NCBI GenBank assembly: GCA_031288415.1
Contig: JAITRL010000298.1
Coordinates: 7,262-71,261 of the forward strand
Reading direction: 5' to 3'
DNA: 64,000 nt
DNA from: Deltaproteobacteria bacterium
Lineage (GTDB): Bacteria > Desulfobacterota > Desulfarculia > Adiutricales > Adiutricaceae
Shown: piece after piece, positions 47,052 through 57,693 of the stretch
Layout of the letters: each line of letters starts with the position of its first letter
Numbering within the stretch: position 1 is the first letter of the stretch
Notes under the pieces: generated by a model
Seen by the model: the letters and a program-made list of their open reading frames with translations, nothing else
What the model was told of the DNA's origin: nothing
Databases searched by the model: none
Translations under genes and position numbers: made by a program

Positions 47052-48075
47052 CTACATCGGGTGCAGGCGGGAGGGGGTCCGCCTGCCGCCGTAAAAGGCG
47101 TCGAGGGTTTCTGCCACGAAATGGGAAAAGGCCTCGCCCAGCATCCTCATCGTGGCGAAGGCGGCCCGCATGATCTTGAGGAAAAGGGAGCCCTCTCCGC
47201 TCCGGGCCCCGCAGCTGTTCTTCCTGTCCGGCGCCGCGCGCCTGAACGCGCGTTCCGCGGCGTCGTCCGGCGGCCCCGCGCCGGGCTTGCCGATGAACCG
47301 CAGTCAGCTCCCGTACCCCTGCCCGAACCTCTTCGCAGAAGCGTGCGCCATGGCGTTCCTTATTCTCTGGGCGCGCGCGGCGGGCCTGCCCGGCCTTTCA
47401 AACGCCTCCCTCATGAGAGCCTTGAGCCTTACGGCCTCGGGGAGGCACGGGCCCTCGAGCCCCTTGAACATCCTGTGAAACCGGAAAACGAACGCGAACT
47501 TGACGTGGGCGGCCTTTCCGAACCTCCTGATCTCCGGGTCCTGGCGACCGGCGCGGCGCCTGAACTCGCGGACAAAATGCGCGCGGCAGCGCCTGGGCTC
47601 CCGGCCGGGATGCGCCCTCGCCCGCTTCGCGCAGACGCGGCAGCGGCCGCAGGAGATCGCGCGCGGGAGCGGGTCCCTCAGGACCGATTCCAGGATCTCG
47701 CCGGAGCGGGGGCCTGTCCGGAACGGCGCCGCTTCCGCCGTCACGAGGGCACGCGTCCAGAGCGTTTTCCCATGACGCCGAGGCGTGTCCTTCTGCCTGG
47801 CGTCGGCCTCCGCGGCAAGCAGCCTGGCCTTCAGCTCGCGGATCTGGCCCTCGAGCTTCCGCGCCAGCCCCTGCGCCTGCGGCCCGCCTCCCCGAACGGC
47901 CCCCTGCCCGCCATCTCCTTCGCCTCGAGAAGGATAACCAGCTGGGCGCCGCCGCACTCGCCGGCCGTTCCTTCCAGTCGTATCCTGAAGTCGTGGAAGG
48001 CGTTCCGGTCGTAAGGGGCTTCGGACAGCCGCCGGAAGCCGACCGCAATGGCTTTTATTCCCTTTTGAATGGTTT
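47052..48075 (-). pseudogene. Transposase remnant (IS66-family-like), in-frame TGA and probably internally deleted
   Basis: - Leucine-zipper-like LEGQIRELKARLLAAEADARQ near the N-terminus.
- After the in-frame stop at about 47304, ...DDAAERAFRRAAPDRKNSCGARSGEGS... resembles the IS66 C-terminal NNxAERxLRxxxxxRKNxxGxxSxxG motif.
- Total length is only about 350 codons, and no DDE core was recognised. Confidence 0.4.
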
Positions 48076-48414
48076 TGCGGCCATAGGTCTAATATAGCCA
48101 TATATATAACTTATTAAATCTTATTTAATTATATTGTATTTGGCCTTAATTTACGTTAATCGCAGAATTATTCATACCCCAGCGCCTTCGCTTGGCCAAG
48201 CGCGTCTTCCGTACCTGTTGACATGAATCCAAAATTAAGAGACGGCAAAACTATTGCAAATCGTATGTAAAAGGGAAAGCAAAGACGAAGATAAAGTAAA
48301 ATGCGAAAAGATGTGGAGGTAACGGTCTGGGGGAGTGAACGGATACTATATTTCTGTGCGCCCGAATCCGCAGAATCCGCAGGAAACCGCGAAACCGCGA
48401 AACCGCAAAGACGT

Positions 48415-48443
48415 TTGACCCGCCCGAGGAGTTATGACATAAT
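48415..48443 (+). promoter_or_regulatory. Sigma70-type promoter candidate for rpmE (TTGACC-17 nt-CATAAT)
   Basis: TTGACC at 48415-48420 and CATAAT at 48438-48443 with a 17-nt spacer, about 135 nt upstream of the rpmE ATG. Confidence 0.45.
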
Positions 48444-48464
48444 GCCTGATCTGACCAAGCCGGG

Positions 48465-48525
48465 CAGCCGCCGCGGCGCCCATTTTTCAGGAAGGGGAGA
48501 CAGCGGCGCCGCCAGCGGCTTTTTT
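48465..48525 (+). terminator. Terminator-like GC hairpin plus T6 inside the rpmE 5' leader (possible attenuator)
   Basis: The 5' arm GCCGCCGCGGCGCC (48467-48480) pairs with GGCGCCGCCAGCGGC (48505-48519, one bulge) and is followed by TTTTTT (48520-48525). It lies 52 nt before the rpmE ATG. Confidence 0.4.
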
Positions 48526-48576
48526 GATCTCTGGCCCCCGCCCCGTCGACCGGGACCGCGCCTGAAGGTAAGACTG

Positions 48577-48888
48577 ATGAAAAAGGACATACACCCCAAG
48601 TTCAAGGAAGTGACGGCGGCCTGCGCCTGCGGCAACGAGTTCAAGACGGGTTCCGTCCTGGACTCCATCAGGGTCGAGATCTGCTCCGCCTGCCACCCTT
48701 TCTTCACCGGCAAGCAGAAGCTGGTGGACACTGCCGGCCGCGTCGAACGCTTCCAGCGCAAGTACGCCCAGGCCCCCAAGCCCGCCGCCAAGGGCAAGAA
48801 AGACAAGAAGGCGGCGGCCCCGAAGGAGGCTGCCTCCAAGGCCGCCGCCGCGAAAGAGGCTCCGCAGACCGAGGCCGCCGCGCAGTAG
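48577..48888 (+). CDS. rpmE: 50S ribosomal protein L31 (with a Lys/Ala-rich C-terminal extension)
   Basis: [63 protein letters not shown] is an unmistakable L31 sequence. The ORF-track start at 48301 is upstream junk. Confidence 0.9.
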   Translation: MKKDIHPKFKEVTAACACGNEFKTGSVLDSIRVEICSACHPFFTGKQKLVDTAGRVERFQRKYAQAPKPAAKGKKDKKAAAPKEAASKAAAAKEAPQTEAAAQ

Positions 48889-49548
48889 CCGCCTGGGCGA
48901 AACCGCGGGAAAGCCTGCCTCCCGTCCTCTCTTCTGGACCCCGCCCGCCCTCCCCGCCTGGGCGGGGTCACCTGCAGAAGATGGCCCGGCACGGTCGGGG
49001 CCCGGCCGAAAAAAAACTCCGGGGCGGCCCAAGGCCTCCCTGGGTTTTTTTTCGCTTGTTCCCGAATGCCGCAGGGCATCCCTCCGGCCGGCCGGTCCGG
49101 CCGCCTTGCAGGCCGTGAGTCTTTGTGCCCCGCCGCCTGGAGAGGCCTAGCGCAAGCCGCGCCTTTTCACTGCCCTTGCCGCCTCTTTCGGTTCCGTACC
49201 CCCGCTTTTTCCTGGCTTTAGCCCCCTGTTCGCATGGCCCTCCGGCGCCTGCGGTTCTCATTCCAGGACTGTAAGCCCCCCGCCGTCCTCCGGTCTCTTT
49301 TCCGTTGCCCGTCCCCGATCCGCCCGCTCCGACCCCTTTTCCAGGCCTTCACGTCCTCTATCCGGTCACCCCGGCCGCCTCTCCAGGCCTTCGCGTACCC
49401 TTTCCGCCCCTCAAGCCCCTTTCAGGTCAACCCGTCATCTTCAATCCAGTCCTCAGGCCCGCTTTACCGGCCTGCATGACCCTCTCCCGGCTCCCCGGGC
49501 CCTAAGAGCCGGGTATCCGCCAAGGCCCCGGGGAAGCGCATCCGCGCC

Positions 49549-50640
49549 ATGTTCGAAGAACCATCCCAGCTGGAACACTTCAAGGCCCTCCAGGAGCAGC
49601 ACGCCTCCCTGGAGGAGTTCATCTCGAGCCCCCAGGCGGCCAAGTCCTCCCGGGAGTACTCCCGGCAGGTGCGCCGCCACAAGGAGCTGGGACGGATACT
49701 GGAGGCCTGGCGCGCCCTGGTCAAGGCCGACGAGGAGATCCAGGGCGCCAGGGAGCTTCTGGCGGACGAGAGCCCGGAGATCCGCGCCATGGCGCAAAGC
49801 GATCTGGACTTTCTCGCGGGAGAGCGCTCGCGCCTGGAGGAGGACCTTAAGATCCTGCTCCTCCCCAAGGATCCCAACGACGAAAAAAACACGGTGATCG
49901 AGATCCGCGCCGGGACCGGCGGCGAGGAGGCCGCCCTGTTCGCGGGGGATCTGATGAGGATGTACATAAGGTTCTCCGAGCGCAGGCGCTGGAAGTGCGA
50001 CCTGCTCTCCGTAAGCCCCTCCGCGGAGCCCGGCGGCTTCAAGGAGGCGGTCTTCCTGGTGGAGGGGGAGAGGGTCTACAGCCTCCTGAAGCACGAGTCC
50101 GGGGTGCACCGGGTGCAGAGGGTGCCCGCCACCGAGGCCCAGGGCCGCATCCACACCTCCGCGGTCACGGTGGCGGTGCTCCCCGAGGCCGAGGAGGTGG
50201 AGGTGGAGATCCGCCCCGAGGAGATCAGGGTGGACGTCTTCCGCTCTTCCGGGCCGGGAGGCCAGAGCGTCAACACCACCGACTCCGCCGTGCGGGTGAC
50301 CCACCTGCCCACCGGCCTGGTGGTCTCCTGCCAGGATGAAAAGTCTCAGCTCAAGAACAAGCTGAAGGCCATGACAGTGCTGCGCGCCCGGCTCCTGGAC
50401 CTCAAGAGCTCAGAGCAGCAGAAGAAGATTTCCGAGGAGAGGCGCGGCCAGGTGGGTTCCGGGGACCGCTCCGAGCGCATCCGCACCTACAACTACCCGC
50501 AGGGCCGGGTGACCGACCACCGCGTCAACCTCACGCTTTACAAGCTCCCGGCTATCCTGGACGGGGACCTGGACGAGATCATCGCCCAGCTGGGGAGCTA
50601 TTTCCAGGCCCGGCAGCTGGCGGCGGGGGAGGGCCTGTGA
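49549..50640 (+). CDS. prfA: Peptide chain release factor 1
   Basis: The PAT tripeptide ([14 protein letters not shown]) and the GGQ motif ([24 protein letters not shown]) are present, and the length is 363 aa. Confidence 0.9.
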   Translation: MFEEPSQLEHFKALQEQHASLEEFISSPQAAKSSREYSRQVRRHKELGRILEAWRALVKADEEIQGARELLADESPEIRAMAQSDLDFLAGERSRLEEDLKILLLPKDPNDEKNTVIEIRAGTGGEEAALFAGDLMRMYIRFSERRRWKCDLLSVSPSAEPGGFKEAVFLVEGERVYSLLKHESGVHRVQRVPATEAQGRIHTSAVTVAVLPEAEEVEVEIRPEEIRVDVFRSSGPGGQSVNTTDSAVRVTHLPTGLVVSCQDEKSQLKNKLKAMTVLRARLLDLKSSEQQKKISEERRGQVGSGDRSERIRTYNYPQGRVTDHRVNLTLYKLPAILDGDLDEIIAQLGSYFQARQLAAGEGL

Positions 50641-51521
50641 CGGCCCCTGGGCGGATCTGGACGGTGGCGGAGATCCTCTCCGTCACGGCCGGCTTTCTGG
50701 GAAAAAAGGGCATCCCTTCCCCCCGCCTGGATGCGGAGCTGCTCCTCGGCAAGGTCCTGGATCTCCCGCGGGTGCGCCTCTACATAAGCTTCGAGAGGGA
50801 GCTTTCCGCCGGGGAGGTGGACCTCTACCGGGAGCTGGTGCGCCGCCGTTCGCGCCGCGAGCCGGCGGCCTATATCCTCGGCGAGAAGGAGTTTTACTCC
50901 CTCCCTCTCAAGGTCACCCGGGCCACCTTGATCCCGCGGCCCGAGACCGAGCGTTTGGTGGACGAGGCCCTGCTTTTCGCCAAAGACGCCCTCGCGAGCC
51001 CTGACGGCAAGGGGCTTTCCGTCTGCGACGTGGGCACCGGCTGCGGCGCGGTGGCGGCGGCTCTGGCCGCGAACCTCCCGCTGGCCGAAGTGGAGGCCTC
51101 GGACGTCTCCCCGGCCGCGCTGGAGTGCGCCAGGGAAAACCTCGCGTCCCTGGATCTCTCGCGCGTGCTCCTTGCCTTGGGCGATCTGCTGGATGCCCCC
51201 TTCCAGGCGCGGGACTTCGATCTCGTCTGCGCCAACCTGCCCTACGTGCCCTCCTCCGATATCCCGGGCCTGCCCCCGGATGTCCGGGACTACGAGCCGG
51301 CCCTCGCCCTGGACGGGGGCGAAGGGGGCCTGGAACTCTACCTGAGGCTCTTGCCTCAGGCGGCGGCCCGCCTCAGGCCGCGCGGCGCGCTGTTGTGCGA
51401 GTGCCAGCCGGACCAGTTTCCGGCCCTCGGGCGCGAGGCCTGCAGGCTGGGGCTCATGCCCCGGCCGCCCGCGGAGGACCTCTCGGGCCGCGACAGGATC
51501 TTCTCCGCCACGAAGCCCTGA
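50637..51521 (+). CDS. prmC: Release-factor glutamine N5-methyltransferase (PrmC/HemK)
   Basis: - The GTG start overlaps the prfA stop.
- N-terminal PRLDAELLL.
- SAM motif [11 protein letters not shown].
- Catalytic NLPYV (an NPPY variant). Confidence 0.85.
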   Translation: MTAPGRIWTVAEILSVTAGFLGKKGIPSPRLDAELLLGKVLDLPRVRLYISFERELSAGEVDLYRELVRRRSRREPAAYILGEKEFYSLPLKVTRATLIPRPETERLVDEALLFAKDALASPDGKGLSVCDVGTGCGAVAAALAANLPLAEVEASDVSPAALECARENLASLDLSRVLLALGDLLDAPFQARDFDLVCANLPYVPSSDIPGLPPDVRDYEPALALDGGEGGLELYLRLLPQAAARLRPRGALLCECQPDQFPALGREACRLGLMPRPPAEDLSGRDRIFSATKP

Positions 51522-51607
51522 CCCTGCAGCCGGAAGAGGCTGCGCCGGCCTGCGGCTCCTCCGGCTCCCGCGGCCGGCGGACCTGGCCAGCGGACAAGGA
51601 GTACCCG

Positions 51608-54600
51608 ATGCCACCCGATCGTCTGCGGCCTTTCCGCCTCCTTCCCGCGGCGGCCCTCCAGGCGCTTTTGTGGCTCTCGCCGCCCGCCGCCCCGCTAGCG
51701 GCGCAGGAGGCCGCCCTGCCGGCCCGGCAGGCCGGCACGGCAGTCCAGTCGCCTGGTTCAGCCGCCGCCTTGGCCGCCGGCTCGCCGGAGGCCGATGATC
51801 TCTCGGCTCCTCCATCCGACGATGCCTCCGGCAGGGAGGATGTCGCTCCCCTGCTCCAGGAAGCCAGGGGAGCCCTCCTCTCGCCGGCGGATCCCGCCCG
51901 GGCCGACGGGGAAGCCTACCTCGCCCTGGTTGAGAAGGCCACGGTCCTGTACTTCCGCGCGGCGGCGAGTGACCCTTCCGACGTCAGGATACTCTCGCTT
52001 CTGGGCAGGCTCGCGGAAATCCGGGCCCTTTTCGCCCCGGACCCGTGGGAACGCCGGGAGCTTCTGGATCTCGCCCAGAACCAGTTCCTGAGGGCCGCGC
52101 GGCTGGAATTCGAGCGGGCCTTCGACCTCAGGGCGGCCCGCACTCCTCCGAGGGCCCCCGCCGCCCCCCAGGGGCCGCTCATCGCGGAACTCGCCTATCC
52201 CGGAAGGCTCAGGCGCGGGGAAGCCACGCTGGAAGATCTCCGCCGCCATCACGGCTCGGAGGCCCTCCCCGCCGAGCGCAACCCCGGATTCTGGAGGGAC
52301 CGGCTGCACGTCATCCAGGCGGCGGACGACGCTTCCCAAAGGGGGGCCCTGTACGATGAGGCGGCGGAAGGCTTCGCCGAAGTCTGGCGGACCATGCCCG
52401 TCGAGGTCCCCTGGAGCGGAGCCCCGCCGGCGGCGGGCTCGCCCAAGATCCGGAAGATCGAGGCGCTGCAGGCCTGGGCGGGCACGGTCCTGGCCCTGTC
52501 CGCCTCCGAGACCGATCCCCGGCTGCGCGAGAGGCTCTACGGCGAGGCCTTGCGGCTCCTGGAGCTGGGCCTCGCCCTCCCCCTGGACCGCCACGAGATG
52601 GGCGGCCTTCTTTCCGCCATGGACCGCGCCGAGCCCGAAGCCCCGGACGACGGGGCCCTCCAGGCCCTGTGGGGCCTCAAGGACAGGTTCTTCAAGCGCT
52701 GGGAGTCGGCCGCGGACCGCCCGCCCGAGGCGCTCGCTTTGTGGGGCGACGACCTCTACGGCAGGGCGGACCGGCAGAAGGACCCCAGGCTCTTCGGCCA
52801 TTACCTCGCGGAAGGCGCCGCCCGCTATGCCTCCTACCTCGAGCTGGTCCGCAAGCTGCCCCCGTCCCCGGCCGCGACCCTGGCTCCCGGCCTGCCCGGA
52901 ACCGCCGCGGCGGCACCGGGGAAAGCCCCCGCCCGCCCTTCCGGCTCCCGCAGGGGCGCGCCTGAGGGCCCATCCCCGGAGGAGGCCGCCGCCGCCCTGG
53001 AGGCGGCGGACAGGCTCGCCCGGGCCCGCTTCCGCCATGGCGAGGCCTTGGAGTTCCGCACCGGGAGAATGACCGCGCTCATGCTGGGCATCCCCCACGA
53101 GGACTGGGCCCGCCGCCGCACCCGGGTCCTTCTGGAGGCGGCGGGCGCCTACCGGGAGGCCCTGAACCTGGAACCCGGCTCCATGTCATACGCCAGGGCG
53201 CTTTCCCGCGCCTACCTGAGCCTCGCCCAGCTTTCTCCGACCGACGCGGGCTTCTTCCCCTACTTCGAGCAGGCCCTGGCCCTGGCCCTTTCCGCGGCCT
53301 CCAGGGAGCCCGACTCGGGCGGGGCCTTCTTCGCGTGGGGCAGGAGCCTCTTGGCCCTCGAGAACCTGCCCGGCCCCGCGTCCAGGGAGCGGACGGTGAC
53401 GGAGGCTTTGGCGGCGTTCCGCCAGAACCTGAGATCCCACAGCCCGTTCGTGCCCGAACTCAACGAGATGGCCGACCTGGCCTACCGGGCGGCCCAGGAC
53501 TCGCCCGCCCAGAAGGCCCAGGCCTACAGCCTGCTCTCCGAGATCTGCCGGAGGCTGGCGGCCCTGCGGCCCGACGACCCTTCCGCCCGCTTCGCCCTGG
53601 CCCTCGCGACCCGGCTCCGCCTCTCCGCCGAAAGCCAAAGCTTCAGGCCTTACCCCGCTCAGGTCCCCGGCCCTGGCTCCGACGGCGCCGGTCCGCCTCC
53701 GGCCCCTGGCCCGGAGCAGGCCTCCCCCGCCCCGGGCGAAGCCGCCGGAGGGCCATCCTCAGGCCCTGCCGGCCCGCAAGGCCCATCCGAGGGGAGCCCC
53801 GACGGAGCCGGGGCGGCCCCGGGCTTCACCCCGGAGGCGGGAGCCGCCGCCGGGCCCGCGCCGGAAAACGCCGAAGAGCCCCATTTCACCGGAGGGCAGG
53901 CGGGGCCGGGGGCGCCTCCGGCGCCTCTCCCCGCGCCGGGGACTCAAGACATCACCCCTTCCCCCTGGGCCGCCGGCGCGGACTCCTACGCCGCCGAAAG
54001 GCGCGGCTTCACGGAAATGCTACGCAGCGCCTGGGAAGGCCTCGAGCTGCTCTCGGAAGGCGCGGAAAACGTCTCGGCGGAAGCCCCTGCCGCCCCCGAC
54101 CCCCTGGAGCCTTTCCGCAGGGATCCGGCCAGGCTCCGGTTTCTCGAGCCCGAGAACTTCCTCAGGGTGAGCCTCTCGTCCTCTACCCGGCCCGAACGAA
54201 ACGCCGCCTCCCTCAACTCCTTTCTGTGCAGGCTCCTGGACCTTGCCCCGCCCGAGGGCCTCCCCCCCTGGCACAGGCTCCAGCTGGGCTCGTTTCTCAG
54301 AAAGGCCGCTTCCTCGGGGTATCTCCCCCCAGAGGAGACGGCCGCTTACTTCCGGCTGGCCCTGCGGGAACTTGACGCCGCGGAGCGCCGCCTCCGCTCC
54401 GATGAGGGGGATCCGCGTCTTCTGGCCCTTATCCTGAGCGAAAAGGGCCTGACCCTGGCCGAATCCACCCTGTCCGAGGGCGGGGCAAGCCCCGCCGTCC
54501 TGGACGCCGCCTTCAGGCTCTGGGACGAGGCCGATGCCCTGCTGCCCTCCTGCTCCGGCTACTCCAGGGCCCGCTGGGCAGCCTGGTCCGGCGGCAGAGA

Positions 54601-54784
54601 CGAGCTTGCCGCAAGCCTCCCGCACTCAGCCAGGGACGAGGATGTCCTTCTGTGGCCCCGTTTCGCCGAGGCCCTGCAGGAGCCGGCCTTCCGGAAGGCA
54701 AAAGGGGAGGACTGGTTCAAGGCCCTGTGGTTCGGGTACTCCTTCCCGGCCCCCGCCGAAGGCGAGGCTTCCGGCCGGCCTTAG
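51608..54784 (+). CDS. Large (1058-aa) secreted Ala/Leu/Pro-rich hypothetical protein, probably helical-repeat
   Basis: - The in-frame ATG at 51608 gives a signal-like N-terminus (LLPAAALQALLWLSPPAAPLAAQ).
- Composition is protein-like with GC3-rich codons.
- The antisense ORFs are R/G-rich junk.
- No family was recognised. Confidence 0.55.
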   Translation: MPPDRLRPFRLLPAAALQALLWLSPPAAPLAAQEAALPARQAGTAVQSPGSAAALAAGSPEADDLSAPPSDDASGREDVAPLLQEARGALLSPADPARADGEAYLALVEKATVLYFRAAASDPSDVRILSLLGRLAEIRALFAPDPWERRELLDLAQNQFLRAARLEFERAFDLRAARTPPRAPAAPQGPLIAELAYPGRLRRGEATLEDLRRHHGSEALPAERNPGFWRDRLHVIQAADDASQRGALYDEAAEGFAEVWRTMPVEVPWSGAPPAAGSPKIRKIEALQAWAGTVLALSASETDPRLRERLYGEALRLLELGLALPLDRHEMGGLLSAMDRAEPEAPDDGALQALWGLKDRFFKRWESAADRPPEALALWGDDLYGRADRQKDPRLFGHYLAEGAARYASYLELVRKLPPSPAATLAPGLPGTAAAAPGKAPARPSGSRRGAPEGPSPEEAAAALEAADRLARARFRHGEALEFRTGRMTALMLGIPHEDWARRRTRVLLEAAGAYREALNLEPGSMSYARALSRAYLSLAQLSPTDAGFFPYFEQALALALSAASREPDSGGAFFAWGRSLLALENLPGPASRERTVTEALAAFRQNLRSHSPFVPELNEMADLAYRAAQDSPAQKAQAYSLLSEICRRLAALRPDDPSARFALALATRLRLSAESQSFRPYPAQVPGPGSDGAGPPPAPGPEQASPAPGEAAGGPSSGPAGPQGPSEGSPDGAGAAPGFTPEAGAAAGPAPENAEEPHFTGGQAGPGAPPAPLPAPGTQDITPSPWAAGADSYAAERRGFTEMLRSAWEGLELLSEGAENVSAEAPAAPDPLEPFRRDPARLRFLEPENFLRVSLSSSTRPERNAASLNSFLCRLLDLAPPEGLPPWHRLQLGSFLRKAASSGYLPPEETAAYFRLALRELDAAERRLRSDEGDPRLLALILSEKGLTLAESTLSEGGASPAVLDAAFRLWDEADALLPSCSGYSRARWAAWSGGRDELAASLPHSARDEDVLLWPRFAEALQEPAFRKAKGEDWFKALWFGYSFPAPAEGEASGRP

Positions 54785-56033
54785 CCGGGCCCGCAGGCGC
54801 CGCGGCGGCAGCGCCTTCCGTCCCCCGGACTTGACTCAGGGGAGAGACAGGGGAAAATGGCCCATGGGGTCGGCCCGACCCGGCTGAACGGTCAAGGCCT
54901 CAGGCGCCCGGCGCGGCCGGCGCAGGCGGGCGGCTGACCGCCGGCCGCTCCCGTGCCCTTGACGTTCCGGTTTCCGTGTCCTTGCCGAGCCCGCCAGCGA
55001 GTCCGCTTCCGGTTCCCGAACCTCTTCGCTTTTTTCCTGAACCCCATGAGGTGCCGCATGACTTGCCCTTAAACCCGCCGTGCCCGCGGGCCATGTCCGG
55101 CAACCCTCAAGCGAAGGTCCGGCGGCCTTTCCGCCGAATGTCCGGCGGCCTTTGCGGCGTATGTCCGGCGGCCTTGCGGGGCATGTCCCGCCTTGACGAA
55201 GAGCCCTCCGCGGCAGGCTTTGGCGGCCGCGGCCCCGCCACTGAGCCGGGCGGGCCCGCCAGGCCCGCGCCTCCCCGCGGCCCTGCCCCCAAGAAGCTCA
55301 TGCCGCGGGGCGCCTCCCTACAGGTTGCCTGAGCCCTTGCCTTTGAGCGCCAAACCCTCAGCCGCCTTGGCCTCAGGCGCCGAAAACCTTCGGGCTCCCT
55401 TGATCCGCGGCGGGCTTGGGCCATGTCCGGCGAAACTTTCGCGCTCCGTCGGGGCAGGCCCCGAATGCCCTGAAACGGCGCGGGCCGGAACCCGGAGGCG
55501 TTCCGGGAGCCCTTGCGCCGCGGGACGGGGTTGCGCGGAGGGCGTAATGAGCGCGGATTCCGCGCTCACGGCCGCGGACCTTCGCCAAAGACGCCTGCGG
55601 GAATCCCCTCCGCGCGAGCCCTTTCCCCGCGGTTCAAGGGGCCGTCGGCCGACTCCCGGGCCATTTCCGGATTCCGCTTAAAGGTTACGGGTTTTCCCGC
55701 CCGCCGCCGGGCCGCGCGCCGGGGCCTTGCAGCCCCGCAGGGCCGCCAAGGCGGAGAGGACGGAAAAAAACTTGCTCCGCCAGGCCCCTCAACGCCGCAG
55801 GGATAGCGGGCCGCCGCCTCGGCCTGCCCAGTAATGGCGGAAATCCTGCGGAAACCTGCCGATCCTGCGGCCTGCCTTCCCCGCCGCCAACGGCCGCAAC
55901 GGGCCTTGGCGGCGGCCCGCCGTGGAAGCGCGCCCCCCCTTCAACCATTACGTACGGCCCGTTGCGGAAGCGCTCCCCTTTCAACCCTTACGGGCGGCCC
56001 CTTGCGCGGGCCGCGACAGAGCCCAGTCCCCTT

Positions 56034-56975
56034 ATGTCCATAGGCAAAAAGACCGTCGCCCTCGTGACCGGCGGGGCCGGCTTCATCGGCTCCCACCTGG
56101 CGGAGGCGCTCGTCAGGAAGGGCGCGCGGGTCCGGGTCCTGGACGACCTCTCCTCCGGCGCCGAGCGCAACCTGAGCGCGGTCGCGGACCGCCTGGAACT
56201 TATCCGGGGCGACGTGCGGGATCCCGCGGCGGTCAGGGACGCCGCGCGGGATGCTTCCGTGGTCTTCCACCTGGCGGGCCTGGCCTCGGTCCCCTTGAGC
56301 CAGGAGGATCCGGGCCTGTGCCTGGACGTGAACGGGACCGGCACCCTCAACGTCTTCTCGGCGGCCGCGGACGCGGGGGTCCCCAGGCTGGTCTACGCCT
56401 CCACCTCCGCCGTGTACGGGGATCTGCCGGCGCCCCACGACGAGGCCATGCTCCCCTCCCCCAACACCCCTTACGCCGCCGTCAAGCTCCTGGGGGAGCA
56501 TTTCGGGCTGTTCTTCGCGGAGCGCGGCCTTAAGGTGGTAAGCCTCAGGTTCTTCAACGTCTACGGTCCCCGGCAGACCCCTGACGGCCCTGATTCCGGC
56601 GTGGTGCCTCTTTTCGTGGAGGCCGCGCGCCGCGGAGAGAGGCCCGTCATCTACGGGGACGGCTCCCAGACCAGGGACTTCGTGCACGTCCGGGATGTGG
56701 TGAGGGCGGCCCTCCTGGCCGCGGCGAGCCCTGCGGCCTCCGGGACCTACAACGTCGCCACCGGCCGGCCCGTCTCCATAGCGGAACTGGCAAGGCTTCT
56801 GCGCGAGCTCAGGCCCGGGGCCTTTCCGGAGCCGTCTTTCGCCCCGCCGCGGCCGGGGGATCCCGCCCGGTCCTGGGCCTCTGTCAAGCGGGCCGCGAGC
56901 GGGCTCGGGTTCAGGGCGCGGCTTTCGCTCCGCGAAGGCCTGGAGAGCCTTCTGGGGGTTGGCGCTTTTGAGTAA
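56034..56975 (+). CDS. NAD-dependent epimerase/dehydratase (extended SDR, UDP-sugar 4-epimerase-like)
   Basis: From the internal Met: KKTVALVTGGAGFIGSHL (Rossmann GxxGxxG), the catalytic YAAVK (YxxxK) and RFFNVYGPRQ. Confidence 0.85.
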   Translation: MSIGKKTVALVTGGAGFIGSHLAEALVRKGARVRVLDDLSSGAERNLSAVADRLELIRGDVRDPAAVRDAARDASVVFHLAGLASVPLSQEDPGLCLDVNGTGTLNVFSAAADAGVPRLVYASTSAVYGDLPAPHDEAMLPSPNTPYAAVKLLGEHFGLFFAERGLKVVSLRFFNVYGPRQTPDGPDSGVVPLFVEAARRGERPVIYGDGSQTRDFVHVRDVVRAALLAAASPAASGTYNVATGRPVSIAELARLLRELRPGAFPEPSFAPPRPGDPARSWASVKRAASGLGFRARLSLREGLESLLGVGAFE

Positions 56976-57660
56976 ATCGCTTGCTTTAACGTCCGTTATG
57001 ATCTATATACGAATTTGCCATGCCGGACCGCTTCGGGAAACAGGCGTAATCCGGCGCCTCAGCAAAAAGGAGGCCAATTTGAGCGTACGGTTCTGAGCCG
57101 TTTCCGGCCAAGCGCCCAACCCTTTCGGGATTAACCCTGCCGCGCCGCCCTGTTTGGGCGATGTCTCGCCTGTGACGCCTGAGACGAGCCTCCTGCGGAA
57201 TATCCCCCAGGTCAGCTCCGGCTTGCCATGACTTACCTTAAGAGGCGAACGGCCGCCTGCGGGCATTGTTTTCGCCCGCACCGGCCGGCGCCCCGGCCGC
57301 GCGCCCTGCGGCCCTTCCGGCGCTCACGAGAGGGCCCCGGCAATTTGACTTGCCCTTGGCTTTTGTTCTATACTTCTTGGGCGCGGTGAAACCTGACGTT
57401 CGGTTGCGGGCCTGGGCCGGAGACCCCAAGGCGCCCGAAGAGGCGTTTCCGCCTTCCGAGGCCCCTGGCCGCCGAACGAGAGGGGCCCTGCCGGATCCTG
57501 TTGCGCCTTGTTTCCAGTTTCTCATGCCGGAAGGGGGGACCCCGGCCTCTTTCCTCAAGCCCATCTGCGGCCGCTCGCTCGCGGCTCGCCCAGGGCCTTC
57601 CCCGCCACGGCTAAAACGCCCGCTCCTGCGGGCAAGGTTTAGGCCTGTTGATGGGCCGCA

Positions 57661-57666
57661 TATAAT
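57661..57666 (+). promoter_or_regulatory. Perfect TATAAT -10 box upstream of pal (weak -35 TTTAGG at 17 nt)
   Basis: ggTTTAGGcctgttgatgggccgcaTATAATccgc, 28 nt before the pal ATG. The GGAGGA Shine-Dalgarno is at 57682-57687. Confidence 0.35.
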
Positions 57667-57693
57667 CCGCTTTTATATCTTGGAGGAATGAGC

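Noticed and set aside
48937-49052. 10-bp perfect GC hairpin after rpmE (GACCCCGCCC...GGGCGGGGTC, 48937-48969) and a T8 run at 49045-49052, considered as the rpmE terminator.
   Set aside because: The strong hairpin is not followed by a U-tract, and the T8 run is preceded only by a poor stem. Either might terminate transcription, but neither is a convincing canonical intrinsic terminator, so neither is listed as a feature.
57000-57690. ORF-free ~690 bp upstream of pal containing CCAGGTCAG, considered as SRP/6S or another ncRNA or a tolB relic.
   Set aside because: - There is no SRP domain-IV motif (GGAAGCAGC...).
- No recognisable 6S, tmRNA or riboswitch core is present.
- Translations show no TolB-like sequence.
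- It is left as unexplained spacer.
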